Shown: piece after piece, positions 61,647-64,000 of the stretch | Layout: every line of letters begins with the position of its first letter | Numbering within the stretch: the first letter of the stretch is position 1 | Assembly: GCA_937625935.1 (NCBI GenBank) | Contig: OW569347.1 | Coordinates: 124,001-188,000 of the forward strand | Direction of reading: 5' to 3' | DNA: 64,000 bases | Source of the DNA: Tetramitus jugosus | Lineage: Eukaryota > Protista > Heterolobosea | Notes under the pieces: model-generated | What the model saw: the letters and a program-made list of their open reading frames with translations, nothing else | Databases searched by the model: none | Told to the model about the DNA's origin: nothing | Position numbers and translations under genes: made by a program

Positions 61647-63659
61647 TTATAATTTACTGTTAATGTGTGGTGCGTCTTCTGGTTGACTTGTAATTCGTTC
61701 TCTGGATCTGGTGATTGGTGTTGTTGGTTTGCGAAGTGACCGAATATTGGGTGTCGTTGGCTGGATTCTGGAGCTCTTCTTGAGAGCCCATATGGAGGAC
61801 AGTTCTTCATTTGGTTGATTCATGACCTGGTTGAGTGTATGAAGAGAGGAAGGAGTTGGATTGAGTATGTAGGCAGATAAAGGTTCGAGCCGAGTCGTTG
61901 GTAGAGCAAAATTGAGAGAAGGTATGAGTCTGGAGGTTCCAGATAATCGATCTGTCACATGTCTTACATTGCTAGTCACCAAACCGATGAGTGCACCACT
62001 ACTATCAAATATTCCACCTCCACTATTTCCATTGTGAATGAGCACACTCGATTGAAGCAATACAGGAACAGTGTTGTGTCGAACAATTTTTGAGAGAACA
62101 CCCTTAGTTATTGTTGATGTTCTTATGGACGTTCCGACTGTCATTGGATGATACAGTGGATATCCTATGCCATACACTGTTTGACCTTGTTTCATGGGTT
62201 GCGTTGCATTGAGAGATACAAAGTGCTTGGGACGAACGCTAGTATCATTGAGCTGAATAACAGCAACATCAAACGGTCCAGTTTTGTTAGTAAATTTGAG
62301 AGACGCCGAATAGAATCGATTGTTTCTGTTCAAATTACTTGTATCCTCATCGAATTGCACCGTAATACTCACATCTGTCTTCAGGGCTGTCTTGTCACTG
62401 TTCAAAAATGGAGCAAACAGGTGAGCATTTGTCAATATGAATCCCTGTTGACTAATCACAATTCCAGATGACCAAGAATTTGCAATATTGATCAGCACTA
62501 CCGATTTCTTCGCATTGTCCATAGAGGGAGATAGTGATTCAAATGGTGAATTACTCGCAAAGCATTGCAATGGTTCAACAATGGGCACGTTCTTTACCAC
62601 CTTTTCATTACTAGTTTTGGCAACATCCAATCGTATAACATTATCTACCTCTCTGTATATTGCATTCAGAGTAATCACCAGATTAAAGTCAATGTTGCTG
62701 CTCTTGGAACGAATCGGTATCGTACATATGCCTATACAACTGGAATCGGACTTGTAAAACACGCCTCCTCCCTCGGATCCAGGCAACATTCTCGCATCTG
62801 TCAAGAAGGCTAAGCATTGATACTTTGAATCACAAATAACATTACTAACGATACCCTTGGAAACCGAATTGGAGAAGCAATCAGGACTAAGTAGCCCAAA
62901 CGGCGAAGACACCACATAAACGCTCTTCATCTGCTGAATGACACTCGATGTTCGAAATTCGCCCTGTACACACTGAATCCTGCGCCTATGCTTCTCCGAT
63001 TTAATATCACTCTTTAACAGTTTTAGTACAGCGAAAGAACTAGGAATTAATGATGGTGACGATGTATCAGCAGTAGTGCTACTGTTCCACCCCAGACAAA
63101 AATCATCACAATTCTGATTCAACAACTGATAAATATACTTGTCTGCATTCACATTGTTGACCATATCCAAGAAATGCACGGGAAAGCACGTTTGGGAGAC
63201 ACCATGAATCATCACTGAGAGAGACACAAAGGGAACAAGCTCTTGTTGTTGCTGTTGTGCATCAAACACATGAAACGAGCTACTTTGATGTCGCACCTTT
63301 CTCATAAATGGTTGAATGACACTGGAGCTCGTGAGCATGTAAAAGCTCTTGTCAGTCTCTTGAAAGACGATGCCAGATGCGGAGAAGGTGGACTTGCCGC
63401 AGCCATCAGTTTCATAGAATGGTGCGTTTTTAATCTTGAGTTCTTTGGGATCCTGTGTGGATTCAATTGAAACGCCAAGAATGAAAGATGTGAGTGTTAG
63501 CTTGCATGTGTGAGTGAATCAAGGAGATCAAGAAATCACAACACATACAGGTCCCTCTACAATTATGAGAACGACGGATGACGTAAGCTTATTGTTGTTG
63601 CTTCCATTGGCAAGTGTTATGGTCGCGCTGGTGGTCTCATTGATGTGGGCTGATACCAT
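61647..63659 (-). CDS. TYSND1: Peroxisomal processing protease TYSND1/DEG15 (2 exons, intron 63453-63548)
   Basis: Spliced N-terminus VVLIIVEGP-DPKELK...FSASGI matches DEG15; LPGSEGG, LTNAH and GNSGG; PTS1 SKL at the C-terminus. Confidence 0.9.
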
Positions 63660-63902
63660 TTTGCATCTTTTTTGTCCAATGTTTCTCCGCAAGTTCATTA
63701 GCTTTCAACTTAAAAATAGACCAGCATTACAAGACAAACCCTTGGGCGGAACTTGAAAGCATCAAGCTTGCGATTCAAAGACAGTCAAACAAATCAAGTT
63801 TGAAGAAAAAAAAAACACAAAACAACAACCAACAACAGGGCTCAAAGCAGCACACAAAACAATATCAACAACAACAACCTTATAAATCAAACAACAATAA
63901 TC

Positions 63903-64000
63903 ATGTCCACATCTCCAGTAGATTCCAACTATGACGAAGACGATGTATATATAGGTGATGAAGAAGACATTGATTTGAATGACGATGACTTGAATGATGA
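63903..64000 (+). CDS. 5' end of an acidic-N-terminus protein truncated by the window edge
   Basis: ATG after a typical A/C-rich leader; frame MSTSPVDSNYDEDDVYIGDEED open to the edge. Confidence 0.5.
   Translation, partial: MSTSPVDSNYDEDDVYIGDEEDIDLNDDDLND

Overview
Gene-dense, AT-rich eukaryotic nuclear DNA with short intergenic spacers, a few short GT-AG introns (GTATGT/GTAAGT donors) and many poly-Asn/Gln/Ser tracts. An RGS-domain fusion, Arp2 and the central-pair gene SPAG17/PF6 suggest a flagellated amoeboid protist, possibly heterolobosean (inference only). About 33 protein genes and 4 tRNA genes are supported. Two observations stand out. (1) Decayed, 5'-truncated, poly(A)-tailed non-LTR retroelements sit about 25-60 bp upstream of tRNA genes with their 5' ends facing the tRNA. 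At tRNA-Leu two successive insertions left nested target-site duplications of 16 and 20 bp, and a homologous copy lies upstream of tRNA-Gln. This suggests a tRNA-gene-targeting retrotransposon family behaving like Dictyostelium TRE5. (2) A secreted polyprotein (6739-7728) carries a CX3C-X9-CX3C module, seven 22-aa amphipathic Trp/Gly beta-hairpin cores separated by acidic spacers, and a Gly-rich C-terminal unit ending in an outer-membrane-protein-like beta-signal. It is a candidate multi-peptide antimicrobial or pore-forming precursor. Further oddities: a kinase-ARM-Slingshot pseudophosphatase fusion, a tail-anchored orphan FH3 protein, a triple CxCC...CxxC zinc-finger-like repeat, a mitochondrion-targeted double-RRM protein, a split RING finger and a recurrent E2F-like promoter palindrome.
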